A stretch of 64,000 bases of DNA, taken from contig OZ024747.1 of NCBI GenBank assembly GCA_964016885.1, forward strand, positions 85,622,001 through 85,686,000, given 5' to 3'. The position numbers and the translations under genes were made by a program. Numbering within the stretch: position 1 is the first letter of the stretch; each line of letters begins with the position of its first letter. A model generated the notes under the pieces. That model did no database searches, was not told where the DNA came from, and was given only the letters and a program-made list of their open reading frames with translations. Source of the stretch: Eledone cirrhosa (taxonomy: Eukaryota). Positions 1-11,799 of the stretch are shown piece after piece.

Positions 1-1011
1 CCTTGTGTTGTTCTTAAGCTAGCATAAGAACAATACAAGCTAACATTTCAACAACTTTGTAATCATTATTTTTAACATTTAACGTCCTTGTTGCATTGCT
101 ATAGCCCTCTTAGAAAACAGTTCTTTTACACTTTCCACAATGCTTCTCATCTCAGTAAGTTGTTTAATGTATAAATATTAAACAGAGTTATGTCTGTTGA
201 TGAGAGGCAGTCATGTCAACTGAGGTCTGACACTCCTCTACTAACACCAATTCAGTAAGGTTAGCAGCTTATGTTGACCCATTCATATATGTATGTAAAA
301 TACATTTAAAACATTAACTGAGTGAGTACTCAATACTAGTTGGTAGAGTGTAGAAATTTACACTAAGTAGAAAGTGGCAATAACTTCAAAGTTTAAGTTG
401 AAGTTACTCCCACTTTTCTACTTAGAATGAATAATATATATATATCTTTGTTTATTTAGATAGATATTCAGCCATATGATTAGTGTGTATGTGCAGTCAT
501 GTATATCTCTGAGGGAAGTTGAGGGCTCTGTAAGCCACAGGGATCGTAGCCTGTCTAGGAGAGCAGTAACTGACTAAATAGAACTGCATGGGGTAGGCGT
601 AGACTCAGTAAGCTAGAGTGAAGGCAATCTGTCTAGGAGAGTAGTAACTCTAAATAAATAAGACTGCACAAGGTAGACAACAGCTCTGTAAGCCATAGCA
701 AAGACAATCAATAAATGAGAGCAGTCATTATGATCATTTTGTTTTCCCTGCTAGCAAGGGTTGGATTGGTCATCACTTACCAAGTCAATACCTACGTGAT
801 GCTACTAACACCAGATGGGCTGATACAAGGTAGAGGGGATTCTTAAGTCCTGTCAAATAACCTCAGTAGAACTGGTGGCATGATAAAAGCATCCAGTCTA
901 TGCTGTAAAGTGGTTGGTGATAGGAAGACCATCTACAGTACAACTCATAAGATAATCACTAATGATTATATATATATATATATATATAATCATTAGTGAT
1001 TATCTTCCTAT

Positions 1012-1201
1012 AGGGCGGTGAATTGGCAGTATCGGTAGAGGGTCGGACGCCATGCTTTGACGCATAGATTTACGGCCCTTGCCATTCTGAGTTCAAATCC
1101 CGCCGAGGTTAACTTTGCCTTTTATCCTTACGGGGTCGATAAAATAAAGTACCAGTAATCTACTGGGTAATTGCTGGCCTTGTGCCAAAAGTAGAAACAA
1201 T

Positions 1202-1202
<1 letters not shown>
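1012..1202 (+). mobile_element. tRNA-derived SINE family A (MetaSINE-type central domain)
   Basis: A-box-like TGGCAGTATCGG, B-box GAGTTCAAATCC, central GCCTTT(C/T)ATCCTTACGGGGTCGATAAAATAAAGTACC, tail GGCCTTGTGCCAAAAGTAGAAAC. More than 15 copies or fragments in the window. Confidence 0.9.
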
Positions 1203-1234
<32 letters not shown>

Positions 1235-3099
1235 TATAGAGAGGAAAAACACAGGAGAGCGTGTTTTTACTATATATATATACACACACACACACAAACA
1301 TACTTATACATATATAAACATATCTATTTATACATAAACACATATGTTGGCAGGAGATAACATTTTATAGGATCTTTTAAATTTTATTTTGCTTCAAGAA
1401 TTAATTAACACTAAAATATATTTGAATATGAAGTTGATGATTGTAGGGTTATTGAGGTTTGGTGGCACAACACCATTTATCTATTTCTATGCTGCTGTCA
1501 CTTATTCATTTATACAAGGAATGTTTAAGTTATGACTGACCATGTGTTTGAACCTGAGAAGTTCCTCTTCAGGAAAGAAGCCCAGGCAATGTGTTTTATG
1601 GAAGACCAGCTGTTGCCAAAGCATATATGTCTACCTTCTCCATGGCACCAATGTTGTCCATGGGCAAGGCTAATACAGCTTGGCACAAGAGTCATTACAA
1701 CTTATATACACTAAATATGATGTCCTAAGGTCGACATCTTGGCACCAGTGACATAACTGATATAAACACTATAGAACAAGGAAAACTACCAAACTAGAAT
1801 AGAGTAAGTATTTTTCTGTTGTTAAAGGAGGGAGAGATGGGTGGGGTTTTTTCATATTATTCTTCAGAAATAAGATTGTATCATAATTATCATCACCAAC
1901 ATGAACATCATCGCCATCATCACCATCCTCATTTATTTAAACAAACTTTTAAGAACAATACAAATTAACATTAAAATATATTAAATATAAGTATATACAT
2001 ATGCGAGTGTATTTGTGTGTGTGCACTTATGTAACTATGTGTGTATATATATATATATACATATATGTATAATATATTAGTCTATGTATGTATATATACA
2101 CACACATACTTTGAGGGACACATCTAGGTACAGATATCTGAAGAGATAGAAGAATAGACATTTTGGAGATGACTTGTGTGAATTGGTCCCACTTGTTAAA
2201 AATATGCTCCCAACACATTGCTGATTGTAAAATGTCTAATACATTACTGCTAACTGGATCTTATATGTCACCTTTTTCAAACTTCCCAATTTTAACATTA
2301 ATTCATCATCACAATCAACAACAAAATCCAGAGTATTGTAAAAATAAGTCAAACAATAAATATACTTGGTATTGTTTGATTAATTAATAATGTTAATTAT
2401 TATTTATAACTTAGGTAGACAGCTATAACTCTAAAGAGAAAGGGTGTAAACAGCAGAGGGCCAGAGGTGTGTTTTAACTTCTCAGCTCAGTCATGTTACA
2501 TTTATGCTTCAATCTTTGGACAGCGGTTATGACTGCAGTTTTTCATGGCATTTTTCCAGATGTTTTTTTTTTGTCTTTTTTAAACCTAGCCCAGTGTCCC
2601 ACCAAGCATTCCCCAAATTGGTCTCTGGTGGTACTTTATTTTGACTCTTAATGGAAGAAGTGCGAAGTCAACTAACTCAGAACATTATGTAATTAAATAC
2701 CACAACCATTATTGTCCAGCACTATCATTTCTATATCTGTCACTACCATTTTACCAATCTATCAGTTAACTGATGATCATATATAACAATTCTTTAACAC
2801 AGGCACCACAAGGTCACAAATGTATATAAGGGAGAGGGGAGGAGAGAGTATGATATACTTGAGTCAACTTCAAGATATCACTGCCACTAATTTTATCAAA
2901 CCTCGAGAGGGATACTGAAAATATAGATAATAATAATGTATTGAATTATTATAACAGTTTATAACAGGTGTATGTGTATATATGTGTGTATACACACATA
3001 TATACACATATATATATATATATATAGAGTATATGTTATATATGTATACATGTATATATATGTATATATGTGTCTGTATATATATTTATATTGCTATAT

Positions 3100-3133
<34 letters not shown>

Positions 3134-3213
3134 GTGCATGTGTGTGTGTGTGTGTGTGTGTGTAATGTTCAACATAATAACCATGCTTAATACATTAACA
3201 CATCAATGGTTGC

Positions 3214-3219
3214 TTTATT
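3214..3219 (-). promoter_or_regulatory. Candidate proximal polyadenylation signal (AATAAA) for WBP2
   Basis: TTTATT on the + strand, about 66 nt past the stop codon. Common hexamer in AT-rich DNA. Confidence 0.35.
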
Positions 3220-3284
3220 GTTAGGTTATTGTTTTGACTGTTCTCATCTTCTCCTCCACTACTCTCACGATGGGGTCCATCTTA

Positions 3285-3412
3285 TCAGTTGTTCTTCTTG
3301 CCAATCTCAGAGTAAGGCGGTGGTGGTTCACTGGGACTTGGCATGTATACATTGTGGGGATTAGCAGGGTTGTAATACGCACTTGATGCTGCTGCCTCTT
3401 GCGCTTTGGCAT
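3285..3412 (-). CDS. WBP2: WBP2 terminal exon 7 ([42 protein letters not shown])
   Basis: CCTAG acceptor, TGA at 3287-3285. Closely matches the WBP2 C-terminus [23 protein letters not shown]...PPPPY. Total CDS is 735 nt (244 aa plus stop). Confidence 0.96.
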
Positions 3413-3589
3413 CTAGGACAACAGAAATAAACCATTTCATTAATTAATTAATGTATGTATTAATACACACACATACATTCACAGACACATATATAATACA
3501 ACAGACTAGTTATATCGCTAATAGAACTGGAGCAAGGCTACTGCCAGCATGTCCAGCAAAAGCAATATGAAATAGATGGCACAATACTA

Positions 3590-4240
3590 GATATAGCTCT
3601 ACAGAAAATCCTGGAGCTGTCAGTAAAGTGAGATTAGGTAATGGGTTTAGTGAGAGTAGGTAATGGGTTTAGTGAGAGTAGGTAATGGGTTTAGTGAGGA
3701 ATTCAATATACAGATAGTATCCATCAGGGCTCAGATCTCAGCCCACTATTGTTTATTATAGTTCGCCATGTCATAACAGAAGAGTTTATGCTTGGCTGCA
3801 CATGGTAACTTCAATATACTGATGACTGAGTTGTCATTGCTGAATCTGTGGAAGAGCTAGAGAAAACATTTCAGTTTTGGAAACAGAATTAAGAATTAAA
3901 TGGGCTTTAAGTAAATTTGGGAAAAAATAAAGTCTTAGTGAGTGGGAAAGGTGATGAGATCCCAATCTCTTCGAGGAAGTGACCTTACTCGTTATGTAGA
4001 AAAGGAGTAGATAGAAACTCTATATGATGTACAAGAGGTGTATTGGGACAGCAGGCAAACTAACAGAAAAGAATGACTTTGTATGTAGCAGATGCACAGG
4101 GATAATTGGTAGTAAAAGAATCAGTGAAGAAAATGTTTTCCAATCCAAGGATCCATAGAAGTTGTTGATAGCTTGTTACCTAGATGACACAAGTAGCAAT
4201 AGAGGAGATTGCTCTGGGAGCAGAGTAGTCAGAGTAGTCC
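3590..4240 (+). mobile_element. Degenerate RTE-clade LINE RT fragment (WBP2 intron 6)
   Basis: Homologous to the 12100-12870 and 24720-25020 fragments (HQGSDLSPLLF; WPCSxC zinc-finger region). Contains a 22-bp triplication at about 3636-3698. Confidence 0.75.
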
Positions 4241-4355
4241 TTTAGCTTCCAAACTCTCCTTTTCCAGATTTACAAACACATACGGTAGCAATAACACCAC
4301 CACCAACCACAACATGTTAAATATAATTATTTTGATTAACTCAATAATTACAAAC

Positions 4356-4442
4356 CTTGAGGTGAACGAGCAGGGTAAGGGTTCAAATTTGAATCAACCC
4401 CTGGATATGGTGGGGGTGCTTCTGCCATATACACCTCACTAG
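4356..4442 (-). CDS. WBP2: WBP2 exon 6 (ASEVYMAEAPPPYPGVDSNLNPYPARSPQ)
   Basis: CTTCAG acceptor, GTTTGT donor, 87 nt, phase 1->1. Encodes PPPYPG as in WBP2. Confidence 0.92.
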
Positions 4443-4753
4443 CTGAAGTTAGAAAATAAAAGAAGAAAAAAACATTAAAAACGAAATAACTGTGAATGTA
4501 AAAAAAAATGTTCTCATCAATCTCGATGACCCTGAAAAGAACCATTTAGACTGCCATTCAGTCCAACTGGTCTCTGAGACCCTAAAAATGGTCATTAAGA
4601 CTGCCCTTCTATCTCATCAATCTTGGGGACTCTGAAAGGGGTAATGAGATCTGTATTTCCCTTCCAGCAAAGGCCTGGGTCTGTATCCCGCCTACGCAGG
4701 GTCACATCGAGTGCAGAGAAAAATAAAATAAAGGATAGAGAGGTCAACATTAC

Positions 4754-4888
4754 CTGGGGGTGCAGAGGGGAACTTTTCGTATGGTACCCATCCATAGTTA
4801 GTTGCAGTGTAGGCAGGTGGCGTAGGCTGATAGTATGGTTCCTGAGGGGGAGTATAAGGTGGAGGTTGTGCCATTTGATAACGAGATG
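4754..4888 (-). CDS. WBP2: WBP2 exon 5 (ASRYQMAQPPPYTPPQEPYYQPTPPAYTATNYGWVPYEKFPSAPP)
   Basis: TTTCAG acceptor, GTAATG donor, 135 nt, phase 1->1. Encodes PPPY and PPAY. Confidence 0.93.
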
Positions 4889-4921
4889 CTGAAATAGAGA
4901 AATATTAAATACATCTAGAAA

Positions 4922-5093
4922 TAATTGTTTCTACTTTTGGCACAAGGCCAGCAGTTAACCAGTACATTACTGGTACTTTATTTTATCGAGCTCGTAAGGA
5001 TGAAAGGTAAAGTTAACTTCGGCGGGATTTGAGCTTAGATCGTAAAGGGACACAACTATGCTGGAAAACATGCCCGGCCCTCTACCGATACTG
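4922..5093 (-). mobile_element. SINE family A copy in WBP2 intron 4
   Basis: Reverse complement of the family A consensus. Confidence 0.85.
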
Positions 5094-6165
5094 TAATGAT
5101 ATATACATATATAATATATTAATGAGAGCATACAGAAATGTGGAGAGAGAGAGAGATTAGAAGTTACCAGTTTAGACTAGTAAAACAATTGTTCAGCTTA
5201 ATACTTGATACTCAAGTAGAGTGTAGGTATTGTAATGATTACTGCTCAACAGCACAAGCTCATCCATAAACATTCACACACATTGATATATACATTTAGA
5301 AAATTTATTGTAATTTTTATTTTACTTAATTTTTTTATATTACATAAGGTGGTAGCGTTGCTGCCACGATAAAATGTTCCCAGGGCATGCTGCAAAGTAG
5401 TTGGCATTAGAAAGGGCATCTAAATATATAAACCAGGCCAAAAGTGGAATACATGGGGAGGATGTAGTAATCTGACAAGTTTAAAGTCAGAACATGACAA
5501 CCTGTCTAACCCATGCCATCATGGAAAATAGATGTTTAAACAGGGATGATGTTGATATATTTATATACATATAGAAATATATAAGTATATACATATAAAA
5601 AATAGTTATTTCTTGTACCCACAACCACCAGCCTTAGGCAAAACTTAATACATCCATGGGTGGAATATGTCATTCTTCTGAAGAACTTTTTTCCCTTCAG
5701 TTCTATGTCTATGGTAGGATTTGAATTCAGCACTTCAATCAAAGAAAGCAGCCATATAATTAATACAGTTCCCCACTTTCCTTGCCCATTTGTATATCTC
5801 CTCATAAAACCTATTGACAGTCAGGTGAACTGTGTCCAGCAATAAATAACAGCTTCTAATAAACACTTTCTTATTTGGCCCTTAGTTACCTTTAGCAGAG
5901 ACCACTCAGTTACAAACATTAGGGCCAGGTCTCTGAGGATATCTTTCTTCTTTCCACCCACCAACCTTTGAAGCCTTAAAAAGAGTCATTAAAGCCTACA
6001 ACATTCACAGAAACCGTTATCCTCTGTGACCCACTACCACCAGTTTATTTGCCAACATCAATCACATTAACCATACCAAGACATGAGGCCCTGTCCATTC
6101 TTCACATTATTTTTTTCGGTTTTAAATGAAATTCAAATGAATATCTTATAATTTAAAATAGTTAC

Positions 6166-6258
6166 CAAGTTTTCCAGCCTGTAGCATAGCTTGTCCAAAT
6201 TCTATAGCTCCACCTTTGCTGAAAGAAAGTTTGAACGTAGCATGGCCTGACCATTTAC
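6166..6258 (-). CDS. WBP2: WBP2 exon 4 (GKWSGHATFKLSFSKGGAIEFGQAMLQAGKL)
   Basis: AAAG acceptor, GTAACT donor, 93 nt, phase 1->1. Contains the conserved GGAIEFGQ motif. Confidence 0.96.
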
Positions 6259-6923
6259 CTTTTAGAAAGCAAAGAAATATGGAGAAAAAAAACTTCATTA
6301 GTGATTATCTAATTAATTAAATAATCACTACATCCCTACCTTTAGATTATGTAACAGATTGTAGAGCAGACTTATTATGGCTCTCATAGTCTCTACCTCT
6401 TTCATCAAACTCCAATAATTTGATGAAATCTGATTATTTCATGCTGACAATGCTAAAAGAAGCAAAAACGCGTATATATGTGTTATATATATATATAAAA
6501 CTAATAGTTAAACACTCAGCAAGTTCTCTCCCTTGTTAAACTCAGAAAAATAAGTTAATTTTGTTTTTTAAAAAAATTTCATTTAGCAGTGCGGGTTGAC
6601 CTGTTCAGCAAATCTATGATCAATCTGTGAGTATACTTGGGTCTATAAGAATAGATACAATTTCCCTATGATTTGTAGAAGTGATTGAAAGCGTTGGCAT
6701 GAAGAAGGGCATTCAGTCATAGAGCACTAGCTGAAGGCTCTTTTTCCCATAAAAGGAACTGACATCAGCACTGCAAGCTACAAAATTATAGCCCTGTTGC
6801 TGCCACCAATGATGAAAGAAAGAAAGGCAGGAAGGAAAGAAATAAAAACGAAAAAGAAAGAAAAGAAAGGAAGAAAAAAAGAAAAAGAAAAAAGAAAGAA
6901 AGAAAGAAAAGAAAAACGACTAC

Positions 6924-7062
6924 CTCCCTCCTCTGCAAAGACAGTTCCTTTTATGTAATTGGCTAAAAATACAGGCTGCTCCAATTCAACTTCTTTCATG
7001 GTGAAGAATGGCATACTAAAGGACACGAGGGCATCTTTCTGAGAATTAGAGAGGAATATAAC
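6924..7062 (-). CDS. WBP2: WBP2 exon 3 ([46 protein letters not shown])
   Basis: CTGCAG acceptor, GTAGTC donor, 139 nt, phase 0->1. [13 protein letters not shown] is the WBP2/WBP2NL signature. Confidence 0.96.
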
Positions 7063-7119
7063 CTGCAGTGGAAGAGAGGAAGCAGAGAAAACCAGTTATT
7101 TACCAAAGTTACAAAAATG

Positions 7120-7590
7120 AGCTGAGTATGTTTTAATGGATGTGTGATGAATTGAGAGAAAACCTGGCTGTAAGAGGTATAAGATTTAGTGTGCAAGAGA
7201 AAAGATTGATCTGGTATGGACATGTGATGTGTATGGATGATCTTTGGGTGAAGAAGTGTCAGGAGTTTCCAGTAAAAGGAAGATGCAAGAGAGAATGCCT
7301 AGCTAGAAGAATAAGATTTAATGTGCAAGAGAGAAGATTGATCTGGTATGGACATGTGATGTGTATAAATGATGAACATTGGACTAAGAAGTGCCAGGAG
7401 ATCCCAGTGGAGGGAAGCTGCAATAAGAGACTGAAGTAGATCTGGGCAAAAGTGACAAGAGCTGATCTCAAAATGCTGAAGGTCACAAGGGATGACGAAG
7501 GAATATAAGAAGTAGAGGAAGGTTATACTGAAAAAGACCCATCCAACCCATGCAAACATGGAGAAGCAGATGTAAAATGATCATGATGAC
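7120..7590 (+). mobile_element. RTE LINE 3' end with an internal ~135-bp tandem duplication
   Basis: VQE(K/R)RLIWYGHVMC..D..WxKKCQE.PV.G occurs twice. Tail CCAACCCATGCAAACATGGA...ATGATGA. Confidence 0.85.
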
Positions 7591-7862
7591 ATACAAATTA
7601 TAACAACAAACAGTTACTGCCTAAGTCAAATTGGTAGTTAAGTTACACCACCATTTACAATGTACCATATATTTGGAATTGGAATTTTAAGTCACTAGTC
7701 TGGTCTTTCACATATTTCTGTAGAAAAATGTGTGACATATAAATGAGTATATGAAGTTTGTCATAATTTTTTCCTTTCAAATTAAAAACATTTTAGCCTC
7801 TTTAACATTTTTCTTGCTAATTTAACAAAATGAGAGAAATAAACTGGTAATAGTTAACTTAC

Positions 7863-7959
7863 TCTGTGAGTGGTAAGGTAGATTCTACCTTTTTTACCTC
7901 CCTTCGGTAGGTTACTGCCCTCAAATGACATCTGAACACCATCACAGTAGATTAAAATC
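7863..7959 (-). CDS. WBP2: WBP2 exon 2 (ILIYCDGVQMSFEGSNLPKGGKKGRIYLTTHR), GRAM/PH-like domain
   Basis: TTTCAG acceptor, GTAAGT donor, 97 nt, phase 2->0. KKGRIYLTTHR matches the WBP2 KKGTVYLTPYR motif. Confidence 0.95.
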
Positions 7960-10712
7960 CTGAAAAATAAACAAATATATTTTTACTGATTATTATGATG
8001 ATTGCCCCTATATTATCTCTACTCGATGAGGGCAACATCTTCTCTCTCTTTCTGTCACACTGTTTCTCTCTAAGTACATCTCTTGCGCTTGACGCTCCTC
8101 TCTCTCTATACAGATGAGGGTGACGTCATAACTTTCTATCTACCTCATTCTGTCATCTCGAAAACATACAATGTTCCATTTTCTCTATCTATATACGTAT
8201 CTCTCGCTTGGCACTCCCTCTCTCTGTATAAAACGAGCATGATGGACTAACCCATGCCAACATGATGATACTCAACCAGCAAAAAATATCAACCTAATAT
8301 CCCTCCACCCTTTCGATACAAAACTATAATGAAAAGGTTATATTACTAAATCTTTTCAAATTCCTGATTATTTTAAAAATTAATTGAAAATCTTAGGCTG
8401 TGTGTTTCATTAGAAATATGGTAATGAAAGTGTTAAGTCCCTCTCAGAATTAGCTCAGTGATTGACGATTTATTTTTTTTCTGAACCTAACTGAAATCTT
8501 AATAAAAATACATTTTTGTGTGTTCTTTAAAAATCTTAATGTTTATTAAGAAGCGAGTTCAAAATTAATAATTTTTATTGTAAAGATTAAAAATATTTTC
8601 TATATTTTTTCTTTGAATTTCTTTCACTGAAATGTTAGATGAGAGGTGGAAGTTGGTATTTAGACTTAGGTTCTTGACCTCTTTCGCTTGAAATCTCAAA
8701 TCTCTTCATTTCTACCCCAACCCCCATCTCTACCCACCTAGATACCAAAACATCCTCCTCCAAAATACTTCTTTAAATAATCAAATGTCTCAACTAAACT
8801 GTTGTGCTCAATACCATATTATTAGTTAGTAATATAACTAATTTTCACACTAAGTTGATGTTTGGAACAAAACAATGGTTCTCACACAAAATTATGATAG
8901 GTTTTTATATAAACTCTTTCGTTACCATATTTCTAATGAACGACAATGTCTATGATTTTCAAATAATTTTGAAAATAATCAAGAATTTGGAAGGATTTAA
9001 TAAAATAACTAATTTTCTCAAGATTAAGCTAGTAGTCGGAACATCACTTAATAAAGGTTCTTACATAAAATTACGATAGGTTTTTAGATAAATATAAATA
9101 TTTTAAAACAAACAGCTCTGTATCATAGAAAAAGGAACACTTTCAGGCAGTTTGAAGTCAGAAGGATTAAACTCCAAGATATTTGACCAACTCCACAGTG
9201 ATGAAATAATTAACCCAACGGAAAATTTGAACTCAGATTGGGAGAACAATTAACATCCATGCTGTATTTACACCTAAACCAGTATGCTAATTTTACACCT
9301 GTTCCAAGGCTGTGGCAATGCTAGTGCAATCTCATTAAACATCAAATAAAAAGCATAGAGAGAAGCTAAGCACAAGACACACATAGCCAAAAGTAAAGCA
9401 GAAACTAATAGGTTTGCACTGTCTTAAAATGTAAGGACCAAAGATGATCTAAATTACAAGGCAGTGTGCTAGAGAAAATCAAGACACAGTTGAGGAGGAG
9501 TGCTTTCAGAATGACACTGGTGAACTCACCAATGCTGAAAAGAAAGAAACTTCGCAATATCATTACGAGAGTCTGTTGAATGAAGAAAAAACTGTTAAAA
9601 TGTTGTAGTACTGGTACCACAATGCACTCAGCACTCAACCCCCATAGGATGTAGAACTGCTCATGCTATGACAAAAAAAACCAGTTCACCCTGTCAGGTG
9701 GTAGTACCATTAGAAAGCAAACACAGTATATGGCATGAAGTGGTTGGGATATATGAGCAAGACACAGTTGTCTGAGCTGCCTGTCTAGCCTCAGAGTATG
9801 ACAACCTGTATAACTCATGTAGGCATGGAAAATAGGCATATGATGATAATACATATATTTACATTAACAGTTAAGTCAAACTTAACATAATACTCAACTT
9901 CCACAGTATGCATTGATTGGTAATAACTTTCATTTGTACCCAGGACTATATATATATCAACCTCCTTTCTCTCATAACTGACATTATGAAAAGCATTAAG
10001 CTGTAGAAACCATGTCAGAGAAAGGGTTGAGAGGATACTTCATTTGTGTCAATGATACAACTACCTCTTTAGTGTTGTGGTGCCATAATAAAATGCACCC
10101 AGTACACTCCTAAGTGGTTAGTGATAGGAATGGCATTTGGTTGTAGATACCATAGCAAAACTTAAAGTATGCAAGTCTCAGTTCATCTGTGAAGACACTA
10201 GCATCAATTAAGTACTGATATGGTCCATGATAACCTGTGTAGACCATGCCATCATGAAAAATAATCCCAAACTCCACTGACATTAAATAATTCATTTTAG
10301 ACATATAAATATACTTCAGAATGGCTAGCATTGATTTCCTTTCACTAAAAACAGTGTCAGATTTATCACAAGTGATGGGGAGGGAAGAAAAAAGAATATC
10401 TTGAGTCCATTCTTCCACCATAGAATGTCATGTCAAGTTGTCAAAGGTAAAAATATAATGCCTAAGAACAGGAGTAAAAAATGAGGTTACAGAGGCTGGA
10501 CTTTATATTGTCAACATATTGATATTTTTACTCCACTCCGCTACTGACAACACACAAAAAAAACAAGGAAATTAAATCAATTGATAAGATATTGTGAGAA
10601 TGAGGTCAGCTTCTAGGTATAACTCCTTACATCCTGAACTGATTTAGCAGAAACATATCTAAAAATGGGTTTGGTAATAGGATTGTTTGTAATATCTTTA
10701 CTACTGGAAAAT

Positions 10713-10962
10713 TTAACCCTTTTCATAATAAACCCAGCTGAATATGCCCCTGGTTCTGTTTGTTTTAAAATGTTTATATTTATCTACAAACTGCCAGATC
10801 TTAATTTTATGTAAGAACATTTGTGAAGTTATGCTCCAAACACCAGCTTAATAAGAAAGTTAGTTATATTATTAAATCCTGCCAAATTCTTGATTGTTTT
10901 CAAAGTTATTTGAAAACTATAGGTATTGTCTTTCATTAGAAATATGGAAATGAAAATGTTAA
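10713..10962. mobile_element. Second, older TTAA-flanked MITE family
   Basis: TTAACCCTTTTCAT ... ATGAAAATGTTAA. Internal sequence recurs at about 8320-8435 and 63530-63655. Confidence 0.6.
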
Positions 10963-11113
10963 TGTTTAAAGTGATGCAATCATAGTACTGTTTGTTTTTT
11001 CAAGGAAGTTTTGTTAATGCAGTTTCATATGGTACAGGACGTTAAGAGTTAACTTCATAAAAAAAGCAAAACAAAGAAGAAAAAAACTGTAGCAATGTCT
11101 TTACATAGATTAA

Positions 11114-11290
11114 CCCGTTAGCATTTAAACCGGCTGAAACCAGCAACTCACACTGATGTTAAGGTATTGTTCTCAAAATAAATAATATCAAAATCTCATA
11201 GATTCAATATTATGTGAGATAATTATGTAAGATAAAGCCTTTACCACAAAAATACAATAGTACATATAGAGTAATGTGAATGCTAAAGGG
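11114..11290. mobile_element. piggyBac-like MITE
   Basis: TTAA|CCCGTTAGCATT ... AATGCTAAAGGG|TTAA. Confidence 0.88.
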
Positions 11291-11799
11291 TTAAAGCAGG
11301 GATCTCTAAACTTTTTAGACCATCAACTCCTTCATGCAATCCCAAATCTTACACTCTTCATTGACCCTGGACATGTAGACAAATAAATAAGTAAACAGAA
11401 TATAGAATGATGATACATAGAGAGTTAGAAATAATCTAGATAAGAGATCTCTAAGCATTTTAAGACCATTAACACCTTCATGGAAGGTTTGACTTTGTCA
11501 TCAACTCCAATCATGTACAAATATAAAATAGACAGACTAACTAACCATAGTAACACGCCATATGTTTGTATATTAACATATAGATCTGGCTAACATTACA
11601 ATTTATGGAAATACATACATACACACAATGCATTTCCTATTTCAGTCAGATTGCTTCAATATGACTCACTTTCCAATTATAAGGTGATAGGTTCTAAGTC
11701 TACATTTGTCCCAGTAAATAGTTATTTCTATAAACTTATTTGACAGCCTTCCACTATGAACTTTTTAAAGGGTGACTGCCGACACACATCCTTAGTTTC

